From positions 1-62,064 of the forward strand of contig CADCRE010000034.1 of the NCBI GenBank assembly GCA_902803785.1: a DNA stretch of 62,064 bases, in the 5' to 3' direction. A program made the position numbers and the translations under genes. Under the pieces are notes generated by a model that was given only the letters and a program-made list of their open reading frames with translations, was not told the origin of the DNA and made no database searches. Every line of letters begins with the position of its first letter. Within the stretch, counting starts at the first letter, position 1. This document shows positions 52,048-61,197 of the stretch, one piece after another. This DNA is from an uncultured Erysipelotrichaceae bacterium (GTDB lineage Bacteria > Bacillota_I > Bacilli_A > Erysipelotrichales > Erysipelotrichaceae).

Positions 52048-52758
52048 TTACAGTCCGATCGCTGTATCTAAGGCGATCTCCATCATTTCCTTGAATGCGG
52101 TCTGTCTCTCTTCTGCCGTTGCGACAGCATCCTTCTTGTCGGAGATCGTCAGCAGGCAGGCTGCCTTCTTATGAAGGTATCTGGCATTCGCAAACAGTGC
52201 GAAGCTTTCCATCTCACCGGCGATGGTCGGATACGGATCTTCCTTCTTGAAAGCCGGATCGTAATAGAAACAGTCTCCGCTCTTGACGATACCTTTATAG
52301 ATGTGTTTTCCTTTTCTGTCAGCCATATCTTCCAGTTTCTTCGTCAGTTCCTCATCCGGATACATCAGATCTTCTTCATATCCGTAAGCTGTCTTTGCGA
52401 AGGTGGAATCGCTGTAGGCCGCTTCTACCAGGATGACATCGAAGAGTTTCATCTCCGGAAGATATCCGCCGCAGGAACCGATGCGGATGATGTTCTCCAC
52501 ACCGTAGAAATTGAATAACTCATAGGAGTAGATCCCCATGGAAGGGATGCCCATCCCATGTCCCATGACGGAAAGGGGAACTCCCTTGTAGGTACCGGTA
52601 TATCCCAGCATGTTCCGTACATGATTGAACTCTTTCACATCATCCAGGAAAGTCTCTGCGATGAATTTGGCACGGAGAGGATCTCCGGGCATGATGACGG
52701 TCTTGGCGATCTCGCCGACCTTTGCACTGTTATGCGGTGTTCCATTGAATTCTGACAT
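52048..52758 (-). CDS. deoD: purine nucleoside phosphorylase, DeoD type
   Basis: GTPHNSAKVGEIAKTVIMPGDPLRAK, MGHGMGIPS, RIGSCGG, EMESFAL. 236 aa. Confidence 0.9.
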   Translation of the reverse strand: MSEFNGTPHNSAKVGEIAKTVIMPGDPLRAKFIAETFLDDVKEFNHVRNMLGYTGTYKGVPLSVMGHGMGIPSMGIYSYELFNFYGVENIIRIGSCGGYLPEMKLFDVILVEAAYSDSTFAKTAYGYEEDLMYPDEELTKKLEDMADRKGKHIYKGIVKSGDCFYYDPAFKKEDPYPTIAGEMESFALFANARYLHKKAACLLTISDKKDAVATAEERQTAFKEMMEIALDTAIGL

Positions 52759-52759
52759 T

Positions 52760-53698
52760 TTATTCTCCCTTGTAACTGTTGATCTTATCTACGAGCCATC
52801 TGCGGAAAGCCGGTACATCGACTTCCATCGCCGCAGAGACGTTCGGTTCTTTCTTCATCTTGTTGCGGAAATCGGCGAAGGTATGACCTCTGGTATAGTC
52901 ACCTCTCAGCTCGACATCCATCCAGTAGTCTTCGTATCTCATACATTCCGGATACAGTGCGGCAGCCAGAGCCAGTGCGTCATGCATGATGATGTCTTCG
53001 CCGCCTCTTTCATGCCTGTCAGCCATGAAATCCAGGAGGTCAGCCGCCAGTACGGAAGATTTCGTATCATTATCTCTCAGTTCCTTGATGTCGTCTTTGG
53101 TCATGATCGCTTTCAGAGTCACATCGAGACCGACCATCGTCATCGGGATACCGCTCATGAAGACGGTATGTGCCGCTTCCGGATCCGCCCAGATATTGAA
53201 TTCCGCATTGGTCGTGACGTTGCCTCCCCATACGGCTCCGCCCATGAACCAGACATGTTTCACAAGGCTCACAAATTCCGGGTACTGAATGATCGCGATT
53301 GCGATATTCGTCATCGGCCCGATGACCAGAAGTTCGAGTTCTCCCTTCTGTTCTACCGCTGTTTCATAAAGGAACTGCGCCGCCTTGCGTGAGTCGAAAT
53401 CGGTCTTTGTCGCCTTCGGTAGTTCTATGGAACCGAGACCGGTATGACCGTGGGTCATGTCACTGGAATTGCGGTATCCGGAGGCCATAGGCATGTCGGC
53501 ACCGCGGCAGACCGGACACTTGAATCCGACGTATTCGCACAGATCCAGGTTGTTTCGGGAAGTGTATTCTTCACGGACGTTTCCGTTGACGGAAGTGATA
53601 CCCAGAAGTTCGATCTCTTCACAGCCGTAGGCTGCCAGAAGGGCGATGGCATCATCCGTGCCGGTATCGCAGTCGATGATGAAAGGTCTCTTTTTCAT
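52760..53698 (-). CDS. nucleoside hydrolase (IUNH family)
   Basis: N-terminal DCDTGTDDAIAL aspartate cluster. 312 aa. Confidence 0.9.
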   Translation of the reverse strand: MKKRPFIIDCDTGTDDAIALLAAYGCEEIELLGITSVNGNVREEYTSRNNLDLCEYVGFKCPVCRGADMPMASGYRNSSDMTHGHTGLGSIELPKATKTDFDSRKAAQFLYETAVEQKGELELLVIGPMTNIAIAIIQYPEFVSLVKHVWFMGGAVWGGNVTTNAEFNIWADPEAAHTVFMSGIPMTMVGLDVTLKAIMTKDDIKELRDNDTKSSVLAADLLDFMADRHERGGEDIIMHDALALAAALYPECMRYEDYWMDVELRGDYTRGHTFADFRNKMKKEPNVSAAMEVDVPAFRRWLVDKINSYKGE

Positions 53699-53743
53699 AG
53701 TATTTCCTCTTTTTCTACGAGATAATTCTATCTTATTTTGTAT

Positions 53744-53778
53744 AAAAGAAAAACCTCGCTATTTCAGGTAAGCGAGGT
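53744..53778 (-). terminator. intrinsic terminator overlapping the M20 gene 3' end
   Basis: ACCTCGCT pairs with AGCGAGGT, with the stop codon in the loop region. Followed by TTTTTCTTTT on the minus strand. Confidence 0.75.
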
Positions 53779-55003
53779 ATTCTTCTTTGGTCATCGAAGG
53801 CTTGAAGGCCTTCTTTATCTTCTTGACCTGCTGAGGATCATTCAACAGATCCAATACGGTATCATAGACGATCTTTGCGGGTTCGAGGTAGGCTCTTTCA
53901 TGATCGAGGATACACAGATCCTTTCCGTGACAGTTTCCGCCGAAACCGCTGTATCCGAACTGTACCGTCGGCTTGAAACAGGACAGATCGCCGATATCTC
54001 CGGCAGCCATACTGATCTCGTCTTCGTAGATCTCGTTAGGCTTGCAGTACTTCAGCATCTGTTTTCTTATCACGTCGTTGATCTCTCTGGACTGATGCAT
54101 CGGCAGATAACCCGGTGTGGTCTTTATTGTCGCAGATGCACCGATGGCTTTCGCACAGTATCTAGCGGCATCGTCGACCTGTTTTGCGACCTTCTTCAAA
54201 GCTTCCTGATCCAGGGATCTCACGTAACATTCATACACGGTCCTTTCCGGAATGGAGTTGACCGTCTGTCCGCCTTCTCTGAGGATACCGTGGATACGGA
54301 TATGATCCTCCTCTTGGAACGTCTCTCTCAACATGTTTACCGCATTGTCGAAGAGGACGAAGGCATTCAATGCGTTGACCCCGTTATGCGGAGCGACTGC
54401 CGCATGGGATGCCTTCCCATGGAAGGCGATCTCCTTGTATACGAAGCCCGCAAGGGAACTGTTCAGTGAGAAATGATAAGGAGTCTGACCCATGGTGTGA
54501 AGGTGAATGAAGAGATCTTCTCTGTCGAAACATCCTCCGGTCAGGAGATTCACTTTTCCGCCGATATAGTTTATTTCTCCGTTTTTGATCAGCTGTTTCC
54601 GGAACAAAACGTCCGTGAATTCCTCACCCGGCGTGAAATACAGGGTGACGGTCCCGTTTTTCACTTTATCTTTCAGATGGACCAGAGTATAGGCCATGAT
54701 GGCACACTGGGTCGAATGACCGCAACTGTGTGCCGCGTGATCCTTCTTGTTTTCGAAAGGATGGCCAAGCGTCGGGATCGCATCGAGTTCGGCAACCAGA
54801 CCGATATACGGTCTTCCGCTTCCGACGGAAACACGGAATGCGGTACGGTAACCCAGTTCTTCGACCTTCAGACCGTTCTTTTCGAAGTATTCGGTCAGGA
54901 TCTTCTTCGTCTCAAATTCCTTGTATCCCAGTTCGGGATTGCGGAACAGTTCGTCACCTAAAGCGAACAGCTCTTCTTTTTTCTTATCCAACAGATTCGT
55001 CAT
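53759..55003 (-). CDS. M20-family amidohydrolase/peptidase
   Basis: 414 aa. AHSCGHS metal-binding block, PGEE, and a dimerisation-domain pattern. Confidence 0.75.
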   Translation of the reverse strand: MTNLLDKKKEELFALGDELFRNPELGYKEFETKKILTEYFEKNGLKVEELGYRTAFRVSVGSGRPYIGLVAELDAIPTLGHPFENKKDHAAHSCGHSTQCAIMAYTLVHLKDKVKNGTVTLYFTPGEEFTDVLFRKQLIKNGEINYIGGKVNLLTGGCFDREDLFIHLHTMGQTPYHFSLNSSLAGFVYKEIAFHGKASHAAVAPHNGVNALNAFVLFDNAVNMLRETFQEEDHIRIHGILREGGQTVNSIPERTVYECYVRSLDQEALKKVAKQVDDAARYCAKAIGASATIKTTPGYLPMHQSREINDVIRKQMLKYCKPNEIYEDEISMAAGDIGDLSCFKPTVQFGYSGFGGNCHGKDLCILDHERAYLEPAKIVYDTVLDLLNDPQQVKKIKKAFKPSMTKEEYLAYLK

Positions 55004-56181
55004 TCTTCTACGATCACCTCATAGCTGATCTGATCCATCGCGGCCTTGAATTCCTCTTCCGTTCCGTAACCGACATACAGGAGCCCGAGATCGCCGTTAT
55101 CGAAACAGACGACGCTGAACGGCGTATTCGCATTGAAGATGTCGCCGTCGGTCTCACTGAATCCTACGACCATCTTCGCCTTGGTCCCTTTCGATGCGGG
55201 TTCGGATTCATACCGTACCGTATAGCCGACGTCTCCGGAGAGAACCGCATCATAGAACTGCTGCGCAAAATCGCCGTTGACGAAGATTCCTTCACAAAGG
55301 ATGTTCGTATTGTCGTGGATGACCAGAGACTGTTCCTCGTCATCGAAGAAACACAGGAAGCGATCGAAACCGTCCATATAGATCAGGACTTCGGTACCGT
55401 CATCGAAGACGATATCCTCGAAACTGCCGTCACCGTAGCTGTCATCGATCTGGTCGCTTTCGTCCGTAAATTCTGCCGGATCGAAAGATGGGATGACCGT
55501 ATTGTTTTCATCCTTGAGGTTCATTTCGAGATCCATCGCGATGGTAAGTCCTTCTGCGGTCGTCTGTGCGGTCATATACAGTTTGCGGATATATCCTTCC
55601 TTATCCAGCGTCAGATCGACATCGTTGATCTGAAAGTCGGTGCCTTCCGCCCCGGTCAGATCGGCCAGCTCACCTCCAAAGGCGGAGGCCAGGTCCTTGA
55701 TCGCACCTTCCTTCAGTTTCAGATGCATGATCCTGTTGGAACCGTCTTCTTCCACAGTGATGCTTTCGGCGTTGTCGATCAGAGCGGAGACCGTCTTTTC
55801 GATATCCTGTGTCGACTGGGTGATCTCATTCTCGCTGACGTACTTGCTGGTACCGTCATCGGTATAGACCGTTCCGCCTTCCGTCCAGGACTGCGTGATG
55901 CTTTCCTGACCGAAGACGGAGATCCTTACCTTGGAATAACCGGAATCATCGCTCTGATCCTCAGTTCCTTTTCCGTCATACATCATCAGCATCTCCATCG
56001 GCAGAGAGAGACCGGCGCCGTCTTCTCCGGCGTTGATATTGATCGTCCCTTCATATGTATAGGAACGAAGTTGAGACTGTTTTTCATAAGCTTTCTTCAA
56101 CAGTTCTTTCGGATCTTCGCTCTTGGCACAGCCGCTGAGCAAAAACAGAAATATCAGAAACAACGTGATCGCTCTTTTCAT
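55000..56181 (-). CDS. lipoprotein, unknown function
   Basis: ORF 55000..56319 trimmed to the ATG at 56179-56181 behind GGAGG. Lipobox FLLSGC. Acidic, beta-rich. ATGA overlap with the M20 gene. Confidence 0.7.
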   Translation of the reverse strand: MKRAITLFLIFLFLLSGCAKSEDPKELLKKAYEKQSQLRSYTYEGTININAGEDGAGLSLPMEMLMMYDGKGTEDQSDDSGYSKVRISVFGQESITQSWTEGGTVYTDDGTSKYVSENEITQSTQDIEKTVSALIDNAESITVEEDGSNRIMHLKLKEGAIKDLASAFGGELADLTGAEGTDFQINDVDLTLDKEGYIRKLYMTAQTTAEGLTIAMDLEMNLKDENNTVIPSFDPAEFTDESDQIDDSYGDGSFEDIVFDDGTEVLIYMDGFDRFLCFFDDEEQSLVIHDNTNILCEGIFVNGDFAQQFYDAVLSGDVGYTVRYESEPASKGTKAKMVVGFSETDGDIFNANTPFSVVCFDNGDLGLLYVGYGTEEEFKAAMDQISYEVIVEE

Positions 56182-56254
56182 TATAAAAACCTCCGTTACA
56201 TAATTATGATACCATTGAATTGACAGTAAAACAGTTACACGAAAGGAGATCGTA

Positions 56255-57157
56255 ATGAAACATATATGGAAGAAATCGATCCTCGTCATGCTGATACTGA
56301 CGATGATCTGCGGCTGCACGAAACAGGAGACACCGAAGGAAGAGACATCTGCTCCGATCCCGGAAGAGATCCTGGGAAACTACTACGATGAGATCGCCGG
56401 AAGAGGAATGCTGACGCTGGACAAGAACGGCGATATCACGATCATGTGGAGCTCATCTGCTTTTGAGACAGTGAGATGGGAGATCCACGCAGAATACGAT
56501 CCGGAAAACAAGGTCCTGAACTACAAGGACGGAGTCAAGAAGATCCTGACATTCAGTGAGGATGATTCCACGGAAGAAAAAGAAGTCTATACCGACGGAA
56601 GCGGTGCATTCACCGTAGAAGAGAACGGACTGATCTGGGTCAACGACAAGAATGACAACGGAGACAAGGATATCGTCTTTGTCAGAGATTTTGCGAGAGT
56701 AGAGGAGGATCCGGGAATGATCAATCCATGGACAGAAACGACCGATCTGAATACAGCGGTCAAGGAAGCCGGCGTGGAATTCACGGAAGTCGCTTCCAGC
56801 GCACTGCCGAAGGGTGACAATGCGGTATCTTTCCAGACCTATATGGCGATGCCGGGGATCTTCTCGGCGATCTACCGTGGCGGAAACAACGAACTTCTGA
56901 TCCGCAAGTCGCTGACATTGGAAGGAAAAGAACTGGCCGGAGACTTCTATGATCACCCGGATGCCTGGGAAGAAGAATACAAGGGCATCAAGATCAACTG
57001 TGAAGGTACAAAATCGGCGATCCGCCTGGCGATGTTCGATATCGCGGGAGAACACTTCACTGTGAGCTTCCGTGGGGAAACAAACGAACAGGGTCTTTCG
57101 ATCGATGAGATCGGAACGCTGATGGAAGAACTGTTCCCGGAAGATCTGATGAAATAA
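56255..57157 (+). CDS. lipoprotein, unknown function
   Basis: Lipobox LTMICGC. 300 aa. Divergent from the other lipoprotein gene. Confidence 0.7.
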   Translation: MKHIWKKSILVMLILTMICGCTKQETPKEETSAPIPEEILGNYYDEIAGRGMLTLDKNGDITIMWSSSAFETVRWEIHAEYDPENKVLNYKDGVKKILTFSEDDSTEEKEVYTDGSGAFTVEENGLIWVNDKNDNGDKDIVFVRDFARVEEDPGMINPWTETTDLNTAVKEAGVEFTEVASSALPKGDNAVSFQTYMAMPGIFSAIYRGGNNELLIRKSLTLEGKELAGDFYDHPDAWEEEYKGIKINCEGTKSAIRLAMFDIAGEHFTVSFRGETNEQGLSIDEIGTLMEELFPEDLMK

Positions 57158-57204
57158 AACACGGAATCAGATAAAACTGTCCACACTTAATTGAACGATA
57201 AAAG

Positions 57205-57234
57205 ATACCCGGATCCAACGATCCGGGTATTTTA
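57205..57234. terminator. bidirectional terminator
   Basis: ATACCCGGATC pairs with GATCCGGGTAT. It lies between convergent genes. Confidence 0.8.
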
Positions 57235-57243
57235 TGATGAGTT

Positions 57244-58995
57244 TTAATCCGGGAAGATGCCGTCCAGGATGCGTGTCAGGTCATCTCTGGATGCGAGTTC
57301 CTGTTTTATTTCTTTTGCCTGTATGATCTCATCCGTGATCATACCGTCGATATTGCGTTTATAGAAATAGCGCTGGCTTTCTTTCGTATTGACCGTCCAG
57401 ACCAGGACTTTCTTGTTCTGATCGTGGATGGCTGAGATATTGGCCGGTGTGGCTGATTCTTCTTCCAGACCGATATAGTCGCAGTTGAGGTCGGCGATAT
57501 TTCCGAAGGCCAGGAAGGTAAGATAGGCTGTCCTGATCTCGGGATATTTGTTTTCGATATAGTCGATCAGATCGTAATTCAGGGAGATGAGTACGGCTTC
57601 ATCTTCCATTTTTCTTTCCTTCAGCATTCTTACCATGTCGTCAGCCATCTTATCGTCTGCGGTATTTCCTTTCAGTTCGATAAACAGGATCAGTTTGCCA
57701 TGGCTCGCTTCCAGCATCTCTTCGATCGTCGCGACTTTTTCACCCTGAATATTTAACTCCTTGATCTCTTCCAGGGTCATGTCTTCCGGCTTCTTGTTGA
57801 CTCCCGCAAGCCTGGCGAAAGTCGAATCGTGATTGATGATATAGCAGCCGTCTTTCGTTCTCTGCACGTCGATCTCGCTGCCGTAGGCTCCCAGTTCATA
57901 GGCGAGATTCAGGCCGCTGACCGTATTCTCGACTCCTTCGTTTCCTCCGCCTCGATGGGCGATCAAAGGCACATCGACTTCCGCAGGGAACAGCTCATCA
58001 AAGTGCGTATCCATGACATGGGAAGCAACGACGACTAAGGCTATCAGAAGGATCCCGCCCAGGATCAGTAACGGATGTTTCCTGGTGCTTCTGATCGGAA
58101 GATCGGTACGTTCTTCGTCCGTATAGGAACGGTACATATCGGTCAGTTTCATCGTGAGGAACGGCCGATAGAACAGGCTGACCAGGCCGAATAATGTCAC
58201 AAGGATCATTGCCAGGAGCAGCAGTGCCAGCCGATTGTTGTCAGAAAGTGCGTATACGGCAATAAAGACGACGATCCCGATCAGAAGGCTCAGGAGGTAG
58301 GCCGGAGCCATTCGTAAGAAGAAGATTATATTCTGTCTGAGAAAGTCTTTCCAGTTGTCTTTCATCAGATGCCTTGACTGTTTCAATGCGTTCTTTACAT
58401 GCAGGTTTCCTAGGATGATGTAATGCAGACAGTAGTAATGAATGAAGGATACGATCATCAGGAAGATCATGACCGCATTATAGATAATACGGTAGAACGG
58501 TGTATCCTGAATGACAGAGGAGATGAAGGTCGGGATATAGAAATTCTCGGTCAGGGAGATGGAAAGACCGATGCCGATGAGCGGGGTCAGCAAGGATACA
58601 TACAGGATCAGCAGGATGCCTAAAGGTTCCAGGAATCTCTTCAAGGCGGAGGGGATCAGAAGGAAACTCTGACGTACCGCCTTTTCTTCACCGCTCAGGA
58701 TGAGATCGACAAGGTTCAGCATTCCGATCAGATCGAAGACGGTATAGGTCACCAGGATCGTCAGTGCCAGAAGCAGTAAAGTGATACCTTGCCAGGAGGT
58801 GAACAGGAAAAGGATGTCACTGCTGGTGATGGCGACTTTACCGGCTGATCTTAATAAATATTTGAAGATGAGATTAAAGAGATACAGCAGTATCGCAAGT
58901 ACGGTCTTGGTGATGATCTGATATCTCAGGATATCGGGGATCGCTCCCAGATAGATAGCTCTTTTCTTCCGTTTTTCTTTCATATCCTTTCTCAT
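57244..58995 (-). CDS. glycerophosphodiester phosphodiesterase with an N-terminal multi-TM membrane domain
   Basis: About 7 TM helices in the N-terminal 320 aa. C-terminal GDPD domain (IAHRGG, GSEIDVQRTKDG, INHD). Start is uncertain (TTG 59022, ATG 58995 or ATG 58983). Confidence 0.8.
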   Translation of the reverse strand: MRKDMKEKRKKRAIYLGAIPDILRYQIITKTVLAILLYLFNLIFKYLLRSAGKVAITSSDILFLFTSWQGITLLLLALTILVTYTVFDLIGMLNLVDLILSGEEKAVRQSFLLIPSALKRFLEPLGILLILYVSLLTPLIGIGLSISLTENFYIPTFISSVIQDTPFYRIIYNAVMIFLMIVSFIHYYCLHYIILGNLHVKNALKQSRHLMKDNWKDFLRQNIIFFLRMAPAYLLSLLIGIVVFIAVYALSDNNRLALLLLAMILVTLFGLVSLFYRPFLTMKLTDMYRSYTDEERTDLPIRSTRKHPLLILGGILLIALVVVASHVMDTHFDELFPAEVDVPLIAHRGGGNEGVENTVSGLNLAYELGAYGSEIDVQRTKDGCYIINHDSTFARLAGVNKKPEDMTLEEIKELNIQGEKVATIEEMLEASHGKLILFIELKGNTADDKMADDMVRMLKERKMEDEAVLISLNYDLIDYIENKYPEIRTAYLTFLAFGNIADLNCDYIGLEEESATPANISAIHDQNKKVLVWTVNTKESQRYFYKRNIDGMITDEIIQAKEIKQELASRDDLTRILDGIFPD

Positions 58996-59015
58996 TTTAT
59001 AACTGTCTGTCGGCG

Positions 59016-59057
59016 ATAACAAAACCCCCTTTGACAGAAAGCGTTGTCTGAGGGGGT
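59016..59057 (-). terminator. terminator-like hairpin between the lipoprotein and GDPD genes
   Basis: ACCCCCT pairs with AGGGGGT with an inner GACA/TGTC pairing, followed by TTTTGTTAT on the minus strand. Confidence 0.5.
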
Positions 59058-59064
59058 ATTTGTG

Positions 59065-59427
59065 TTATTCGGCTTTCATTCTTGTGAAGACCATGGAACC
59101 GGTTTCTTCGATGATGGACAGGAGTTCATCCTTGTAAGTCATATCGGAAGTGTAACCGGCGATCGTGACTTTCATCTCCCTGGTGTCATAGGTCAGGTCA
59201 CTGACCTCAGAGAAGAGATCCAATGTACCTGTGCCGTCTGCGTTGAGATGCAAGAGGATGTCCATTCCGAAGGAACGTACCAGTTCCATCTCTTCTTCCG
59301 TGACCGGGTTCTCTTCGGAATCGATCCTGAGGAGCTGCCAGTCACCGGAGAGATCAGGCTGTCTGGAACAGGCACAGATCCCTGTCAGAAGAAGCAGGAC
59401 AGCAAACAGTTGCAGTATTTTTTTCAT
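59065..59427 (-). CDS. small lipoprotein, unknown function
   Basis: Lipobox LLTGICAC. 120 aa. TAATG overlap with the upstream permease gene. Confidence 0.7.
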   Translation of the reverse strand: MKKILQLFAVLLLLTGICACSRQPDLSGDWQLLRIDSEENPVTEEEMELVRSFGMDILLHLNADGTGTLDLFSEVSDLTYDTREMKVTIAGYTSDMTYKDELLSIIEETGSMVFTRMKAE

Positions 59428-60257
59428 TATCCTTTGATACCGCCTCTGGCGACACCGTTGACGATATATTTCCTTGCGAAGAGGAAGAGGATGATCATCG
59501 GCAGGACACAGAGCGTTGCGGCTGCCAGCTGCAGATGGGTATCGCTTCCGGCATCCGACATGAAGGCGAACAGACCGAACGGTACGGTACGATAGCGGTC
59601 AGAGTTGATGACCAGCTGTGGCCACATGAAGGAGTTCCAGGAACTGATCGCGTTCAGCAGCATGATCGTGACCAGGCTAGGTTTTGCGATCGGGACCATG
59701 ACTCTCCAGAGATACTTCCAGTTGGAGGCACCGTCGATCCTTGCGGAGTAGTATAAGCTGTCCGGAATGGAATCGAAGAAGCCTTTCAGGATGTAGGTAT
59801 AGAAGATGGAGGTCATGAACGGAATGACCAGGACATGGAGGGAATCGATCCACTGGAGTTTCGTGACGGTCTGATAGTTGGTGATGACCAGCATCTCGAA
59901 CGGGACCATCATGAAGGCGACCAGGAGAGCGAAGATGAATTCCTTGCCCGGGAACTTCAGTCTGGAGAAGGCAAAGGCACCGATGATGGTGGTGAAGCCT
60001 GTCAGCAGGACAGATCCGCTGGTGACCAGAAGGGAGTTCACGAAGTAGGTCGCAAACGGTGCGGCTTTGAACGCTTCTACGAAGTTGGAGAAGTTGAAGA
60101 TATTTTTAGGGATCCAGATCGGCGGGAAGGTAGAATACTCTTCCGCTGTCATCAGGGATCGGGAGATCATCCAGTAGAACGGGAAGACCATGATCAGGGC
60201 ACCGATGATCAGGATCAGATAGACGAAGATCTTTTTGATTAAATCTCTGTTCATCAT
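59427..60257 (-). CDS. carbohydrate/glycerol-3-P type ABC transporter permease (UgpE/MalG-like)
   Basis: 276 aa with 6 TM helices. EAA loop YYSARIDGASNWKYLWRVMVP. Confidence 0.85.
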   Translation of the reverse strand: MMNRDLIKKIFVYLILIIGALIMVFPFYWMISRSLMTAEEYSTFPPIWIPKNIFNFSNFVEAFKAAPFATYFVNSLLVTSGSVLLTGFTTIIGAFAFSRLKFPGKEFIFALLVAFMMVPFEMLVITNYQTVTKLQWIDSLHVLVIPFMTSIFYTYILKGFFDSIPDSLYYSARIDGASNWKYLWRVMVPIAKPSLVTIMLLNAISSWNSFMWPQLVINSDRYRTVPFGLFAFMSDAGSDTHLQLAAATLCVLPMIILFLFARKYIVNGVARGGIKG

Positions 60258-60264
60258 GCACCTC

Positions 60265-61197
60265 CTAGTAATTGAACTTTCTCTGTATCAGTCTCTGGAT
60301 GAGAGTGAATACCAGGATGATCAGGAACAGGATGATCGAGGCAGCTGCCGCCTGTCCCAGACGAAGTTTGGAATAGAAGGTCTCCTTGATCCAGTAGACG
60401 ATGGTGTAGAGGTTGGTGCTGAGTGCTCCGGCCTTGCCTGCCCAGAACGGGATGACGTCATTGTATACCTTGAATGCGGAGATCATATTGACGATCATCG
60501 TCAGGAAGATGGTCGGCGCCAGCAATGGGACTGTGATCCTCTTGAAGATCGTAGATGAGGATGCACCGTCGACTTTGGCTGCGATATAGTACATCGGGTC
60601 GATGTTCTGCAAGCCGCTGAGCAGCAGGATGATCGTGAACGGCATCATGTTCCAGATACCGAAGATGATGACCGTCAGCATGTTGTAAGGAGCGTTACCT
60701 CCGGCAGCACCGAGCCAGTCGATCGGAGCGATCCCGATCAGTCCCAGCAGCCAGTTGATGATACCGGTACGCTTGTTGAACATGAATCTCCATGAGATAC
60801 CGACAGCGATGGCTGATGTGACCATCGGCAGGAAGTATGCCGTATGGAAGATCCCGATGCCCTTGATCTTCTGATTGAGGAGGTTGGCGATCAGGACCGA
60901 CAGGATAGTTGCGATCGGTACGACGGTGAATACGTAGATGAAGGTATTCTTGATCGATGACCGGAAGTATTTGTTTGTAAGGACTGTAATATAGTTATCC
61001 AATCCTATGCCGTTATAGGCTCCGGAAAGACGGTAGCCCTGCTTGAAGGACATGATGACGACGTTGATGATCGGATAGATCGTAAACACAAGCAGTCCCA
61101 GAAAGAACGGTACGAGATAGATCAGCGGTTCATACTTTCCGTTAAAGATATAGTTGCTGCTGGTATCCCGGTTCTTTTTCTTTGTCTTTTCGCTCAT
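60265..61197 (-). CDS. carbohydrate/glycerol-3-P type ABC transporter permease (UgpA/MalF-like)
   Basis: 310 aa. EAA loop YYIAAKVDGASSSTIFKRITVP. TGATG overlap with the ATPase gene. Confidence 0.85.
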   Translation of the reverse strand: MSEKTKKKNRDTSSNYIFNGKYEPLIYLVPFFLGLLVFTIYPIINVVIMSFKQGYRLSGAYNGIGLDNYITVLTNKYFRSSIKNTFIYVFTVVPIATILSVLIANLLNQKIKGIGIFHTAYFLPMVTSAIAVGISWRFMFNKRTGIINWLLGLIGIAPIDWLGAAGGNAPYNMLTVIIFGIWNMMPFTIILLLSGLQNIDPMYYIAAKVDGASSSTIFKRITVPLLAPTIFLTMIVNMISAFKVYNDVIPFWAGKAGALSTNLYTIVYWIKETFYSKLRLGQAAAASIILFLIILVFTLIQRLIQRKFNY

